A program made the translations under genes and the position numbers. From Ascoidea asiatica JCM 7603 (taxonomy: Eukaryota > Fungi > Ascomycota), in the NCBI GenBank assembly GCA_001600695.1, contig BCKQ01000007.1, positions 378,713-442,712 on the forward strand: DNA of 64,000 bases, in the 5' to 3' direction. Numbering within the stretch: the first letter of the stretch is position 1; every line of letters starts with the position of its first letter. Shown here piece by piece: positions 11,989-23,400 of the stretch. A model generated the notes under the pieces. The model searched no databases. It was not told where the DNA came from and saw nothing but the letters and a program-made list of their open reading frames with translations.

Positions 11989-13353
11989 ATGAAACTTTCA
12001 TCATCTTTAGCATTATCATTATTAGCCTGCGCTAAATATGTTGTATCACATGGTATTGTCCAAAATCTTAAAGTTGGTGATACTTGGTGGATAGGTTCTC
12101 TTCCATATACTGATCAATATGAATCACCAGTTCCAGAAAGAATTGTTTGGTCATTTTTCACTGCAGGTAATGGACCAGTTGAAGATGTTTCATCAAATGA
12201 TATTGTCTGTAATGTCGATGCAAAAGCTGCTGCTTTAACTGCCTCTGTAGATGCCGGTTCAGATATTACAATGTACTGGACTACATGGCCTGATTCTCAT
12301 AAAGGTCCAATTATGACCTATTTAGCTGATTGTGGTGGTAATTGTTCAGATGCAACTCCTTCATCATTATCATGGTTCAAAATTGCAGAAGATGGTTATG
12401 ATGCTTCAACAGAAACTTGGGCTACTACCACTTTAATTTCCAATAATAATTCATATACTTTTACAGTTCCTTCAGATATTGCTGCAGGTAATTATATGTT
12501 AAGACATGAATTATTAGCTCTTCATAGTGCTGAGACTTCAGGTGGTGCTCAATTTTATCCAATGTGTGCTAATTTAGATATTAGCGGTACTGGTACTGCA
12601 ACCCCAAGTGGTGTTGCATTCCCAGGTGCTTATTCTGCTTCAGATCCAGGTATTTTAGTCAACATTTATAATGGTTTAAGCACATATACTATTCCAGGTC
12701 CAACTGTTTATGGAGGAAGTTCTGCTACTTCTGCAGCTGCTTCAGGTTCTGCTACATCTGCTGCAACCACTGCTGCTTCATCAGCTTCTGCCACTGCTTC
12801 ATCTGCTGCCGCAACTTCTGCTGCTGCTTCAACTGCTTCCTCTGTTGCTGAAACCACATCCACTTCTGCTGTTACAGTAGCTGCTGTTGAGTCTTCTTCC
12901 GCTGTAACTTCTGCTGCTGAAGTTGAAACATCTGCCAAAGTTGAATCTTCTGCTGCTGTTACCTCTGCTATTACTTCCGAGGCTGAAGCTGCTAGTTCAA
13001 CTGAAGCTGCTATTGCTGAATCTTCTGAAGTGGAATCTTATGGTACTAGTGAAGCTGCTGAAACTTCCATGGGTTCTTTCAGTACTGCTCAAACTTTAAC
13101 TACTGTTACTAAAGCATCTTCCTCTGCTACTGTTGCTGAAGAAACTACTTCTGCTGCCAGTACTGCTGCTGCTGAAACCGCAGCAACCACTGCATCTGCT
13201 ACTTCTAGTAGTTCTTCTTCATGTTATTCAAGTTCTGTTGAATTCAACAAATGTCTTGATGCAGTTAATGTATGTATTGCCTCTGCTCAAAAAGCCGGTG
13301 GCTATGAAGGTTCAACCTGTGAAACTGAAAGATCATCTTGTCAAATGTGTTAG
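11989..13353 (+). CDS. Secreted AA9 (GH61) lytic polysaccharide monooxygenase with S/T/A-rich linker and Cys-rich C-terminal module
   Basis: 20-aa signal peptide then His1 (HGIVQ), WPDSHKGP (second His), GNYMLRHELLALH, GAQFYPMC (axial Tyr), FPGAY, IPGP end of catalytic domain. TATATAAA at ~11697. Confidence 0.95.
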   Translation: MKLSSSLALSLLACAKYVVSHGIVQNLKVGDTWWIGSLPYTDQYESPVPERIVWSFFTAGNGPVEDVSSNDIVCNVDAKAAALTASVDAGSDITMYWTTWPDSHKGPIMTYLADCGGNCSDATPSSLSWFKIAEDGYDASTETWATTTLISNNNSYTFTVPSDIAAGNYMLRHELLALHSAETSGGAQFYPMCANLDISGTGTATPSGVAFPGAYSASDPGILVNIYNGLSTYTIPGPTVYGGSSATSAAASGSATSAATTAASSASATASSAAATSAAASTASSVAETTSTSAVTVAAVESSSAVTSAAEVETSAKVESSAAVTSAITSEAEAASSTEAAIAESSEVESYGTSEAAETSMGSFSTAQTLTTVTKASSSATVAEETTSAASTAAAETAATTASATSSSSSSCYSSSVEFNKCLDAVNVCIASAQKAGGYEGSTCETERSSCQMC

Positions 13354-13514
13354 GTTTTTTTTCCTGTTATTCTGTTCTTTTATAATTTTTAGTTGATATC
13401 CATATTATTATTTACTATTCCTTAAATAAATATTCTTTCAATTAAACAATTGCATCAATTGAAACTTTGATCGAGTCTTTAACCGAAAACACAAAGAAAG
13501 TTCCAGTCACGGGA

Positions 13515-13570
13515 ACGCGTAAAATAAATGTGAACCCTGAAAGAGAAAAAAAAAAATTTCAAAGACGCGT
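13515..13570. promoter_or_regulatory. Two MCB (ACGCGT, MBF) elements upstream of NSE1
   Basis: ACGCGT at 13515-13520 and 13565-13570, 170-220 bp upstream of a DNA-repair/SMC gene. Confidence 0.6.
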
Positions 13571-13737
13571 CGCCCAAATTTATTAATAGTTGGGAATTGA
13601 ATTTGATTATTTATGTCAAATTGATTAATTTCAATGAAAATATATATATTTAGTTCTAATATTTTATATATTTCATTGCATTTACTTGTGTTCGAGTAAA
13701 TTTTAATCAATTAATAATCAATCAAGAATTTTCAAAA

Positions 13738-14739
13738 ATGGAATTCGAGTTAGAATTGGATCATAGGCCTTTATTGCAATATATAATTTCTTCAAAGATT
13801 ATATCTAAAGTTAAGTTAATTCAATTTCTAAAAAGTTATATAAAACAGCATTATTCAGAAGATGAAGAACTATTACATAATATTAGAAAAGAAATGAGAT
13901 CAAATCATGACTTTTTGTCCGATTTATTAGAACAGACAATTCATAAAATTAATTTATTAATTGAACCAATGAAATATGAAGTTAAGAAATTTAAAAATCA
14001 TTTACATATAATTGAATATGAAGGAAATAGTAATAATAATAATGATGATGATGAAAATAATAACAGAAATAAAAGAAATGGAAATTCACGAACTGTTGAA
14101 TCTGTGATTTATTATGTATTCATAAATAAAGCTATAGATTCACCAGCAAAACTATCAACATATTTTTCTCCTGAAAATATTGAATTTATAAAAGCTTTAA
14201 TTGAAGATATTTTCAAAAATAAAAAAGATTCATATTCTATTGGTTCAGTTGATTTATATAAATTATATTCTTTACATGTTAAAAATAAGCCATTGAGTTC
14301 ATGTGCAGAATCTTTAAATATTTTAGTTCATAATGGTTGGTTAAATAGAAATGAAATGGAACAATATTATCTTTCAAGTAGATCATTAATTGAATTAAAA
14401 AATGCATTAATTGATAAATATGGAATAGCGAATGAAAATGATTTTGATAATAGTAATAATGATGAAGATCAAGGTTTAATTTATCTTTGTAAACTTTGTA
14501 AAGATATTTTCACTCAAGGTTATAAATGTTATAATAAAAATTGTAAAATTAGATTTCATAAAGATTGTTTATTTAATTATATAAATATTAAAGGAAATTC
14601 AAATGAAAATGGATCCATTACTTGTCAATGTCCGAATACAAATTGTGAAGAAATATGGGATTTTAATCAAATTGATCCTTCCCAAGAAATTTTTATAAAA
14701 AAATCTAATCAAGATGAAGGAAATGAAAGTGAAGATTGA
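13738..14739 (+). CDS. NSE1: Smc5/6 complex subunit Nse1
   Basis: HRPLLQYI N-terminus, YYVFINK..KLSTYFS, GWL..YYLSSRSLIEL, C-terminal RING-like CKLC..C..C..FHKDC..CPNTNC..W. Confidence 0.88.
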   Translation: MEFELELDHRPLLQYIISSKIISKVKLIQFLKSYIKQHYSEDEELLHNIRKEMRSNHDFLSDLLEQTIHKINLLIEPMKYEVKKFKNHLHIIEYEGNSNNNNDDDENNNRNKRNGNSRTVESVIYYVFINKAIDSPAKLSTYFSPENIEFIKALIEDIFKNKKDSYSIGSVDLYKLYSLHVKNKPLSSCAESLNILVHNGWLNRNEMEQYYLSSRSLIELKNALIDKYGIANENDFDNSNNDEDQGLIYLCKLCKDIFTQGYKCYNKNCKIRFHKDCLFNYINIKGNSNENGSITCQCPNTNCEEIWDFNQIDPSQEIFIKKSNQDEGNESED

Positions 14740-14934
14740 AACTTTTATAAATTAAATAAAAAGTTTCATTCAATCATTTCAATATATACAGTATCTTTAG
14801 TTCATTTATTCAAATTTTCAAACTTTTGAATTATTTCCATTAGACTTTATTTCAATAATCAAGATTAAAATTTTGTTAATTTACATATTCCTTAATATAA
14901 AACATTTGTGCTAATTTTTTTAAGAAATTTTCTA

Positions 14935-16533
14935 TCATATTTCATCATCATAATCTTCTTCTTCATCGTCATCAGAAATAATATATTCATTTAAAATATC
15001 CTGATCATTTTCATTTAAATTGAAATTAATTTCATTATCATTATCACTATAATTTTTAATTTCAAAATTTTGTAAAATTGGCCATATGAAGTTATTATTA
15101 TTTTTAGCAGAAGTTGTTGATAATGAAGTTATACAACCATAACATAAATCTATTTCATTTACTGATTCATTTTCTTTTTCATTTAATGAGCTATCAGGTA
15201 ATACATCCTTAAAAGACTCTAAATAATTTTGATAATTTGATAATTCTTCTTCAGTTTCAGGTTTAATTGGATCATTTACAGTGATTTTATTTAGGAATTC
15301 TTTTGCATTATCATATAATATTGAATTACAAATCATACATGTTTTTACTTTGTTATTAGTATCGATATTATTATTATTATTATTATTACTATTATTATTT
15401 GTAGATAATTTATTTTTTGGATTTGATAATTTAAAACCAGTTCTGACAACAGTTGAAACAACAGTTGAATAACCACTTTTTTCAATATTATTGAAATATT
15501 GAGTAACTAATTGATCTATTGACATATTTTTAATTAATTGATTATTTTTAATTGAATTTAAATTTATTAAATTTTGATTGAATTTTTTAAAATAAATTAA
15601 ATATTTATCCAAATTTTTAAAATTAAAATAATTTTCAATTTCAAAATTTAAAATATCTTGTAATGGATATAAAATTTGAAATTTGAAATTATCATTAAAA
15701 TTACTTAAGTTGGTGAAATTTGATTTATAATTTCTATAATTATTGTTTAAAAATTTGAAAATTTCACTTGATCTACCTTTTGAAATAAGTGATAAAATTT
15801 TTGTTGATAATAAAGACATTGAATGGTAAAGAGTAATTGTATCACAGTTAAATAAAATTGCTATTAATTGTATTGAATTGAAATTAATTGTATCAAGTAA
15901 ATCATTTTTAGTTGTGATATCTTTAATATTAGATAATAATGAATCAATCGATTTTCTATTAGATTTTTCAGTTGATGTGTTATAATCAAATTGATAAGAA
16001 GAGAAATCATTTAGATCTAATTTAATTTTTTTCAAATTCTTTGAATTATTTAGATTCATAAAAAAATCTAAATTCAAAGATTTAAATTTTAAGAAATTTA
16101 TAAGATTTGGATTATTAATTTTAATTTGATTGAAGAAAAGATTGAAATCATTGATAATTGTATTATTTTTATTATAATATAAAATAACAATATAAATATT
16201 GAAACCAATTTTTCCATTATGTAAATTAAATTGTTCATTTAATAAGTTTAATAATAAATCTAATAAAGATAAAGATTCTTTGATATGATTATCAAATATT
16301 ATAGGTAATAAAATATTTATATTATTATTATCATTTTTATAATTAACTTTAAATTTTTCATCAATCATTATCTTTCTTTGTTTGCCAGTGATGAATCTAA
16401 TAAAACAATCTTTACAAAAAAGTTCTTTTCTTGATTTTATTAATGAATTTTGTTTTTTACATCTTGAACAAATGGGATTATTATCTGGATTTTCCTGATC
16501 TAGAAGTTCATTTTCTTTATTTGACTTATCCAT
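14935..16533 (-). CDS. NCS2: Cytoplasmic tRNA 2-thiolation protein 2 (Ncs2/Ctu2)
   Basis: CSRCK..SRKELFCKDCFIRFITGKQRK, KGRSSEI, YPLQD, YSTVVSTVVRTGFKL, CMIC, LCYGC. Confidence 0.9.
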   Translation of the reverse strand: MDKSNKENELLDQENPDNNPICSRCKKQNSLIKSRKELFCKDCFIRFITGKQRKIMIDEKFKVNYKNDNNNINILLPIIFDNHIKESLSLLDLLLNLLNEQFNLHNGKIGFNIYIVILYYNKNNTIINDFNLFFNQIKINNPNLINFLKFKSLNLDFFMNLNNSKNLKKIKLDLNDFSSYQFDYNTSTEKSNRKSIDSLLSNIKDITTKNDLLDTINFNSIQLIAILFNCDTITLYHSMSLLSTKILSLISKGRSSEIFKFLNNNYRNYKSNFTNLSNFNDNFKFQILYPLQDILNFEIENYFNFKNLDKYLIYFKKFNQNLINLNSIKNNQLIKNMSIDQLVTQYFNNIEKSGYSTVVSTVVRTGFKLSNPKNKLSTNNNSNNNNNNNIDTNNKVKTCMICNSILYDNAKEFLNKITVNDPIKPETEEELSNYQNYLESFKDVLPDSSLNEKENESVNEIDLCYGCITSLSTTSAKNNNNFIWPILQNFEIKNYSDNDNEINFNLNENDQDILNEYIISDDDEEEDYDDEI

Positions 16534-16886
16534 TGTTGGTTATCCTTTTCTAATGTAATTCAAATTAACAATCTTTTCATAGATTGATGAAATATTTCAA
16601 GTATTTCAATTATTTCTTTCAGTGATAAAAAAATAAAAATTTAAAAAAGTTAAAAACAAAAGGAATCCGTGTGATATCCGGTGTTCCGCCCAGTTCCATT
16701 TTCAGGATTTTAATATATTATATCCGTGTACATCCTTGTTTTTTTTAATTTTCCGCGGTGACAAGGCCTTTTCGCGTCGTATTTTTCTCTGATTCCAAAC
16801 TTAAGATTTCCAGCGTTAACGTTACAAGAGCCATTTGATAAACAATCGAGCATTGAAATAAATGAAAAAGATGAAATATTTATTAG

Positions 16887-16942
16887 TTTATCAATTATCA
16901 TTTATCAATTATCATTTATCAATTATCATTTATCAATTATCA
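16887..16942. repeat. Perfect tandem repeat (TTTATCAATTATCA)x4
   Basis: Four exact 14-bp units read directly in the NCS2/CAX4 divergent intergenic region. Confidence 0.9.
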
Positions 16943-17080
16943 AAATAAATAATCATCAAGAAGTAAATCAATCAATGATCAATTGATCAAGAATATATTA
17001 GAAATAGATTAAGAATAATTTTGGTGAAAGAAGGGAAAGAAGTGAATAAGCGCGGTATAAATTTGAATTAAATAAAAACA

Positions 17081-17860
17081 ATGTCAACAATAATTGAATC
17101 AACTAAAACAATAACATCAAAAATAATTGAAACAACAACAAATTCAATAATAAGTACAAATATTGGATATATACCAATACCATTTGATGAAACATATATT
17201 TTATATAATCCAGAAGATTTATTATCATTAATATGTGTATTTTTTTCATTATTACCAATATTAATATTAGTTTTTTATTTTTCATGGTTTTTAATGACAA
17301 GAGAATTTGAAAGTTGTTTAATGGCATTTGGACAAATTTTAAATAATTTAATAAATTATATTTTAAAAAATTATTTTAAACATGAAAGACCAAATTTTTT
17401 AAATAATTTTGAAAATTTACCAATATTATTAAATGAATTTGGTATGCCAAGTGCTCATTCTCAATTTATGGGTTTTTTTACAAGTTATTTAATTTTAAGA
17501 ATTTTTTTACAATTTAAAAATTTTAATAATTTTGAAAAAATTTTTATAAATTTAATTTTAATTTTTTTAAGTTTTATGACTGGATTTTCAAGAATTTATC
17601 TTTATTATCATTATAAAAATCAAGTAATAATTGGATTATTAATTGGTTATATAATCGGAATAATATATTTTTTAATAATTTCAATATTAAGAGATTATGG
17701 TATAATTAAATTTATATTAAAAAATTTTAAAATTTTTAAAATTTTTTATATTAAAGATACATTTTTTGATAATTATGGAAAAAGTTTAAAATTTGAACAT
17801 GAGATTTGGATGAATAAAAAGGATCTTATTGATGAATATGATCTTAAGAAATTGTACTAA
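17081..17860 (+). CDS. CAX4: Dolichyl pyrophosphate phosphatase (PAP2 family)
   Basis: IPFDETYILY, KxxxKHERP, FGMPSAHSQFMGF, SRIYLYYH..QV PAP2 motifs. Confidence 0.92.
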   Translation: MSTIIESTKTITSKIIETTTNSIISTNIGYIPIPFDETYILYNPEDLLSLICVFFSLLPILILVFYFSWFLMTREFESCLMAFGQILNNLINYILKNYFKHERPNFLNNFENLPILLNEFGMPSAHSQFMGFFTSYLILRIFLQFKNFNNFEKIFINLILIFLSFMTGFSRIYLYYHYKNQVIIGLLIGYIIGIIYFLIISILRDYGIIKFILKNFKIFKIFYIKDTFFDNYGKSLKFEHEIWMNKKDLIDEYDLKKLY

Positions 17861-18004
17861 CTAAGTATGTAGTTTAATCTCAATTAGCTATTTATTATCT
17901 ATTTATTATCTATTTATCATCTATTAATTTATTTATCTATTTAAATCTTTCTATATATGTATGTATGTATATATGTATGTATATATGTATGTATGAATAT
18001 GTAA

Positions 18005-19087
18005 TTAAGCATCTTTTTTAGAATCTGCATTAGAATCTTCAATGGAATCATCAATTGGATCATATTGTTTAAATAAAGTATTAAAAAATGCTCTATAATG
18101 AGTTTTAGAGCCAATATTATCAATATTTAAAATTTCTTCATTTGATAAATTAAAATCCTTTATATTTAAAAGTTCATCCATTCTTTTTGGATTTGAAGTT
18201 TGAGTTAAAGGTTTTATACCTTTTTGAATAATATATTTGATTAAAATTTGAGTATTTGATTTATTATATTTTTTAAATAAATTTTTATTTAAATAAATAA
18301 TTAATTCATCATTATTTGAAAATTTTGGATAATATAAAGGTATTAAACTACCAAAAGATTGAATAAAAATATTATTATTTTGACAAAATTTTACAACATC
18401 AGTTGATTGATTTTGTAAATATGGATTAAATTCAATTTGATTTAAAATTGGTTTAAAATTTTTAAAATTTTTTAAAATTAATTCAATTTTATCAATTGTA
18501 AAAGAAGCTAAACCAATATATCTTACTTTTTTATCTTTAATTAATTTTTCCATTTGATACCAATATTTTAAAATATCAGAATCTGAAAACCCAGGATTAA
18601 TCCAATGAATTAAATATAAATCAATATAATCTAGATTTAAAAGTTTAAGAGATTTTAAACATGCTTCATATGGACCACTTGGAGTTCTTGGAGATCTTGG
18701 AGCAAAACCAGGATCCCATTTATCAGTTATCCATAATTCATTTCTATTTAATTTAAAATTATCAATTTGAATTTCATTATTAATTTGATTTTTATTTATT
18801 AGAATTTTTGGACCAGTAGTTAAACCATTTAATAAAATATCATTTAAAACATAATTTAATTCATCATGAGTATTATAACATTCTGCAGAATCAATTAATC
18901 TAAAACCTTTTTTTAAAGATAATTTTAATGAATTAATAATTTTAAAATCTAAATTTGAATTAATTTTTAAATTTGATTTTTCTTCATTTTTTGATCTTTT
19001 TGTTCTTGATAATTTTGTACCAATTCCAAAACCTGGAACTGGAATATTTTCAATTGATATTAAATTTTCATTTTCATTAAAAGTCAT
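18005..19087 (-). CDS. Aldo-keto reductase (NADPH-dependent, YDL124W-like)
   Basis: PGFGIGT, IDSAECY (Asp/Tyr), WITDK (Lys), YIDLYLIH (His), NQIEFNPYLQNQ. Confidence 0.88.
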   Translation of the reverse strand: MTFNENENLISIENIPVPGFGIGTKLSRTKRSKNEEKSNLKINSNLDFKIINSLKLSLKKGFRLIDSAECYNTHDELNYVLNDILLNGLTTGPKILINKNQINNEIQIDNFKLNRNELWITDKWDPGFAPRSPRTPSGPYEACLKSLKLLNLDYIDLYLIHWINPGFSDSDILKYWYQMEKLIKDKKVRYIGLASFTIDKIELILKNFKNFKPILNQIEFNPYLQNQSTDVVKFCQNNNIFIQSFGSLIPLYYPKFSNNDELIIYLNKNLFKKYNKSNTQILIKYIIQKGIKPLTQTSNPKRMDELLNIKDFNLSNEEILNIDNIGSKTHYRAFFNTLFKQYDPIDDSIEDSNADSKKDA

Positions 19088-19436
19088 TTTTTATTATTTA
19101 AGATTATTTAAGATTATTTAAGATTATTTATCTATGGTGTTGTAATTAGAATTTGAATTTGACTTAGAATTGAAATCAATGGGATATATAAAGAAATTGA
19201 GATTCAGAAAAATAGAACATGAGGAAATGAATTGTATTTATATGATAAGATGATTATTAATGAATTTGTCGGAAATTGAAATAGGGCGGTATCGGCACTT
19301 GAATTAGAACTAAAAAGAAAAAGAATATTAAAACAAGTTCGAAATAAAGAGAAGTTGAGAAGATAACAAATTCAAAGGAAGAAAGAATATTTAGAGTATT
19401 TAGAATAAAAACAGAATTAGGAAGGCAATGAAGTTG

Positions 19437-20088
19437 TGAGTAATGAAAAGAGTGAGTAATAGGCTAAAGTCGGTGTTGGTGCTGAGAGTGAGTAATGTGG
19501 GCTTGTCTCGGGGGCTCAATGCGATGGACTGAAAGGAGAACCGGAGTGCTGGTCTCTCCGGGAAAATAAAATAAAATTGATTAGTCAGCACCCACAGTGA
19601 CGGTAGCAGCAGAAGGAGGTACTAGTGTGAGGAAGGAGGCAGGCAGATGCAAACCTATCCAAATCAGGAAAAAGAACAACAAACAGCAACTCAGTAAACT
19701 GGAGCACATAAACACACCGGGAACAACGCACCGGCGCGTGGAACAACATGGATAAGCCCGAAGTTTCGGTCGCTGGAAAGTTTGCAATTCTCCGAGGCAC
19801 ACAGATCCAGAGCTTCCATAGCAACCAAACAGCGACAGCGTGGCACCAGAAGCGCAGTGTTGCTCAGGTGTGGCGCTGAGCGAAGATGTGTGGCTTATTG
19901 GAAGTCCTCGGTCTGTTTGCTGCCAGCGGTGATAGCCGGTGTAGTCTGGAAGCAGTCTGGAACTAGTCTGCTAGCGGAAACCGGCAGGGAGCGTTCTTAC
20001 TAATTGAGCCTGCGACTGGAAGAGATCCCGAGTTCCGTTGCTTTTTGACTTGCTTTCTACGTTCGGCATTACTAATACATTTTAGTCA
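19437..20088. promoter_or_regulatory. Shared divergent AKR/ABC promoter with clustered Yap-type elements and many CGG triplets
   Basis: TGAGTAA at 19437, 19453 and 19489; TTAGTCA at 19581 and 20082; TTACTAA at 19997 and 20069; GC-rich island with many CGG/CCG triplets. Confidence 0.6.
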
Positions 20089-20498
20089 TAATAATCTTAA
20101 AAATCATCGTATTTTTATCTTCTTATCGCTTAATCAATCCATCAAGTATCTGTTTCTCTTTTTCTCTTTTTCTCTGTTTATTTACTGTTGACAATTGGAA
20201 AATTTCTATTGAATTCCATCTAATTTCATGAAATTTATCTCATTGAAAAATTATTTTTTTATTTAAAATTAATATAAATATCATTTAAATTATCTTCTTT
20301 TTAAAAATTTTATTTTCTTCTTTTATATTCACTTCTAGTCTTTTTCTTTATCTTTATCTTTATCTTAATCTTTATCGTATTCTTTTAATTAATATTTTTA
20401 TATACTAATTACTTATTATTTAATACTTAATACCCTATATCATTCATTTATAAGCATATTGTATATTAATATTATTAATAATAATAATAATATCTATT

Positions 20499-23400
20499 AT
20501 GGAAAAAGATAGAAATCAATCTTCAGATGCAGAATCTGTTGAAAATTTTTATGGTGAAAATTTTCAAAATAATGATCATCATCAAATAAATGATACAAAT
20601 GATTTAGTTAGAACTATAACTTCAAATCAAAATAATAATCATGAAGGTGATCAAATTCTTGAAAGATTATCAAGTATTGCAAGAACTTTATCAAATAAAT
20701 TAAATCAAAATGATATTAAACAAGTTTGGGATAATACTCCATTAGCAAAACAATTAAATGAATTATTTTCTCCTGATCAAGGTATTAGACATACTGGTGT
20801 AACTTTTAAAAATATTTCAACTCAAGGTCTTAATTCTGATTCTGGTTTTGCACCAACTGTATTAGATTTAATAAAACCAAATTTTAATAAAATTTTAAAT
20901 TTTAAATCAAATAATAAAAAAAATTCAAAAGATATTATTCAAAATATTAATGGTATTGTTAAAGCTGGTGAAATGCTTTTAGTTTTAGGTAGACCAGGTT
21001 CTGGTTGTTCAACTTTTTTAAAAACAATTTCTGGTAATTTATCTCAATATTTAGGTACAAATGGTGAAATTAAATATGATGGTTTATCACAAAATTCAAT
21101 GTTAAAAAATTTTAAATCTGAAATAATTTATAATCCTGAATTAGATTCTCATTTTCCTCATTTAACTGTAAATCAAACTTTAAATTTTGCAATTGCTTGT
21201 AAAATTCCAAATAAAAGAGTTAATAATATTTCTAAAAATGATTATATTAAAACTTATAATTCAATTTTATCAACCGTTTTTGGTTTAGATCATGTTTTAA
21301 ATACAAAAGTTGGTAATGATTATGTTAGAGGTGTCTCAGGTGGTCAAAGAAAAAGAGTTTCAATTGCTGAAGCTTTAGGTTGTCGTGCTTCAATTTATTG
21401 TTGGGATAATGCAACTAGAGGTTTAGATGCTTCAACTGCTTTAGAATATGCTCAAGCTATAAGAGTTTCAACAAATTTACTTAAAAAATGTGCTTTAGTT
21501 ACAATTTATCAAGCTGGTGAAAATATTTATCAAACTTTTGATAAAGTTACAATCTTATATGAAGGTCATCAAGTTTATTTTGGTAATGTTGAAAATGCTG
21601 TTGATTATTTTATTAATATGGGTTTTGAAAAACCTTCAAGACAATCAAGTGCAGAATTTTTAACTGCTGTTACTGATCCAAAAGGTAGATCTCCAAGACC
21701 AGGTTTTGAAAATAAAGTTCCAAAAAATGTAATAGAATTTGAAAATTATTGGTTAAATTCAATTGAATTTAAAAATTTAATTAATGAAATTGATGATTAT
21801 AATAATAATATTGTTTCTGAAGATCAAACAAAAAAATTATTTCATGATTCAATTTCTTCTGAAAAATCAAAAGGTCAAAGAACAAATTCTCAATATACAA
21901 TTAATATTATTGAACAATTTAAATTATGTACAATTCGTGGTTTTCAACGAGTTATCGGTGATAAAGCTTATACAATCACTCAAGTTGTTGCAAATGTTGT
22001 TCAATCTTTAATTATTGGTTCTTTATTTTTTAATCTTGGTAATAGTACAAGTACTGCTTATTCAAGAGGGGGTGTAATGTTTTTCTCTGTTTTACATTTT
22101 ACTTTCATGGGTATTGCTGAAGTTTCAAATTCTTTTCAAAATAGACCAATTTTATTAAAACATAAAGGTTATACTTTATATCATCCTGCTGCAGAATCTA
22201 TAGCTGCAGTTTTAACTGATATGCCAACAAAATTATTAACAATTATTGCATTTTCTTTAGTATTATATTTCCTTGTAAATTTAAATAGACATCCAGGTAA
22301 TTTCTTTTTTTTCATTTTATTTTTATTTATAAATTGTTCTGTTACTGCTGGTATGTTTAGTTCAATTTCTGCTTTTTCAAAAACTATCTCAACTGCAAAT
22401 TCAATTGCAGGTATTTGTATGTTAGCAATTGTTATATATACTGGTTATGTAATTCAAAGAGCTAATATGCATTGGTGTTTTAAATGGTTATCTTATATTA
22501 ATCCAGTAACTTATGGTTTTGAAGCTTTAATTGCAAATGAATTTCATGGTAAACAAATGAAATGTGATTCAATTGTACCTTCAGGTTCTGCTTATGATAG
22601 TATTTCAAATATTTATAAAACTTGTGCTTCAACTGGTGCAAAAGTTAATCAAATTATTGTTTCTGGTGATGATTATATTAAAGAATCTTATGGTTATTCA
22701 TATTCTCATGCTTGGAGAAATTTAGGTATTGCTATTGGTTTTTGGATTTTTTTTATACTTTTAGCTGCTTTTGGTATTGAAATTTTAGATGAAGGTAAAG
22801 GTGGAGGTGAAAAACTTTTATTTATTAAAACAAAAGATAGTAATATTGATATTGAAAAAGGTTCAGAATCTGATATAACTAATGAAAAAAATGATGATAC
22901 TCCTATAGATGGTTTACAAGCAAAAGATATATTTTCTTGGAAAAATGTTCATTATGTTATACCAACAAAAGATGGTAAAAAAATTAAATTATTAGATAAT
23001 GTTCAGGGTTATGTAAAACCTGGTACTTTAACTGCTTTAATGGGTGAATCTGGTGCTGGTAAAACAACTTTATTAAATGTTTTATCACAACGTATTTCAT
23101 TTGGTGTAATTACTGGTGATATGTTAGTTAATGGTAGACATTTAGATTCTTCATTTCAAAGATCAACTGGTTATGTTCAACAACAAGATTTACATATTTC
23201 TGAATTAACTGTTAGAGAATCTTTACAATTTGCTGCAAGACTTAGAAGACCTGCAAGTGTTCCTGATGAAGAAAAATTAGATTATGTTGAAACTGTAATT
23301 GATTTATTATCAATGTCTTCTTATGCAAATGCTGTTGTTGGTGTTTCTGGTGTTGGTTTAAATGTTGAACAAAGAAAAAAATTATCAATTGGTGTTGAAT

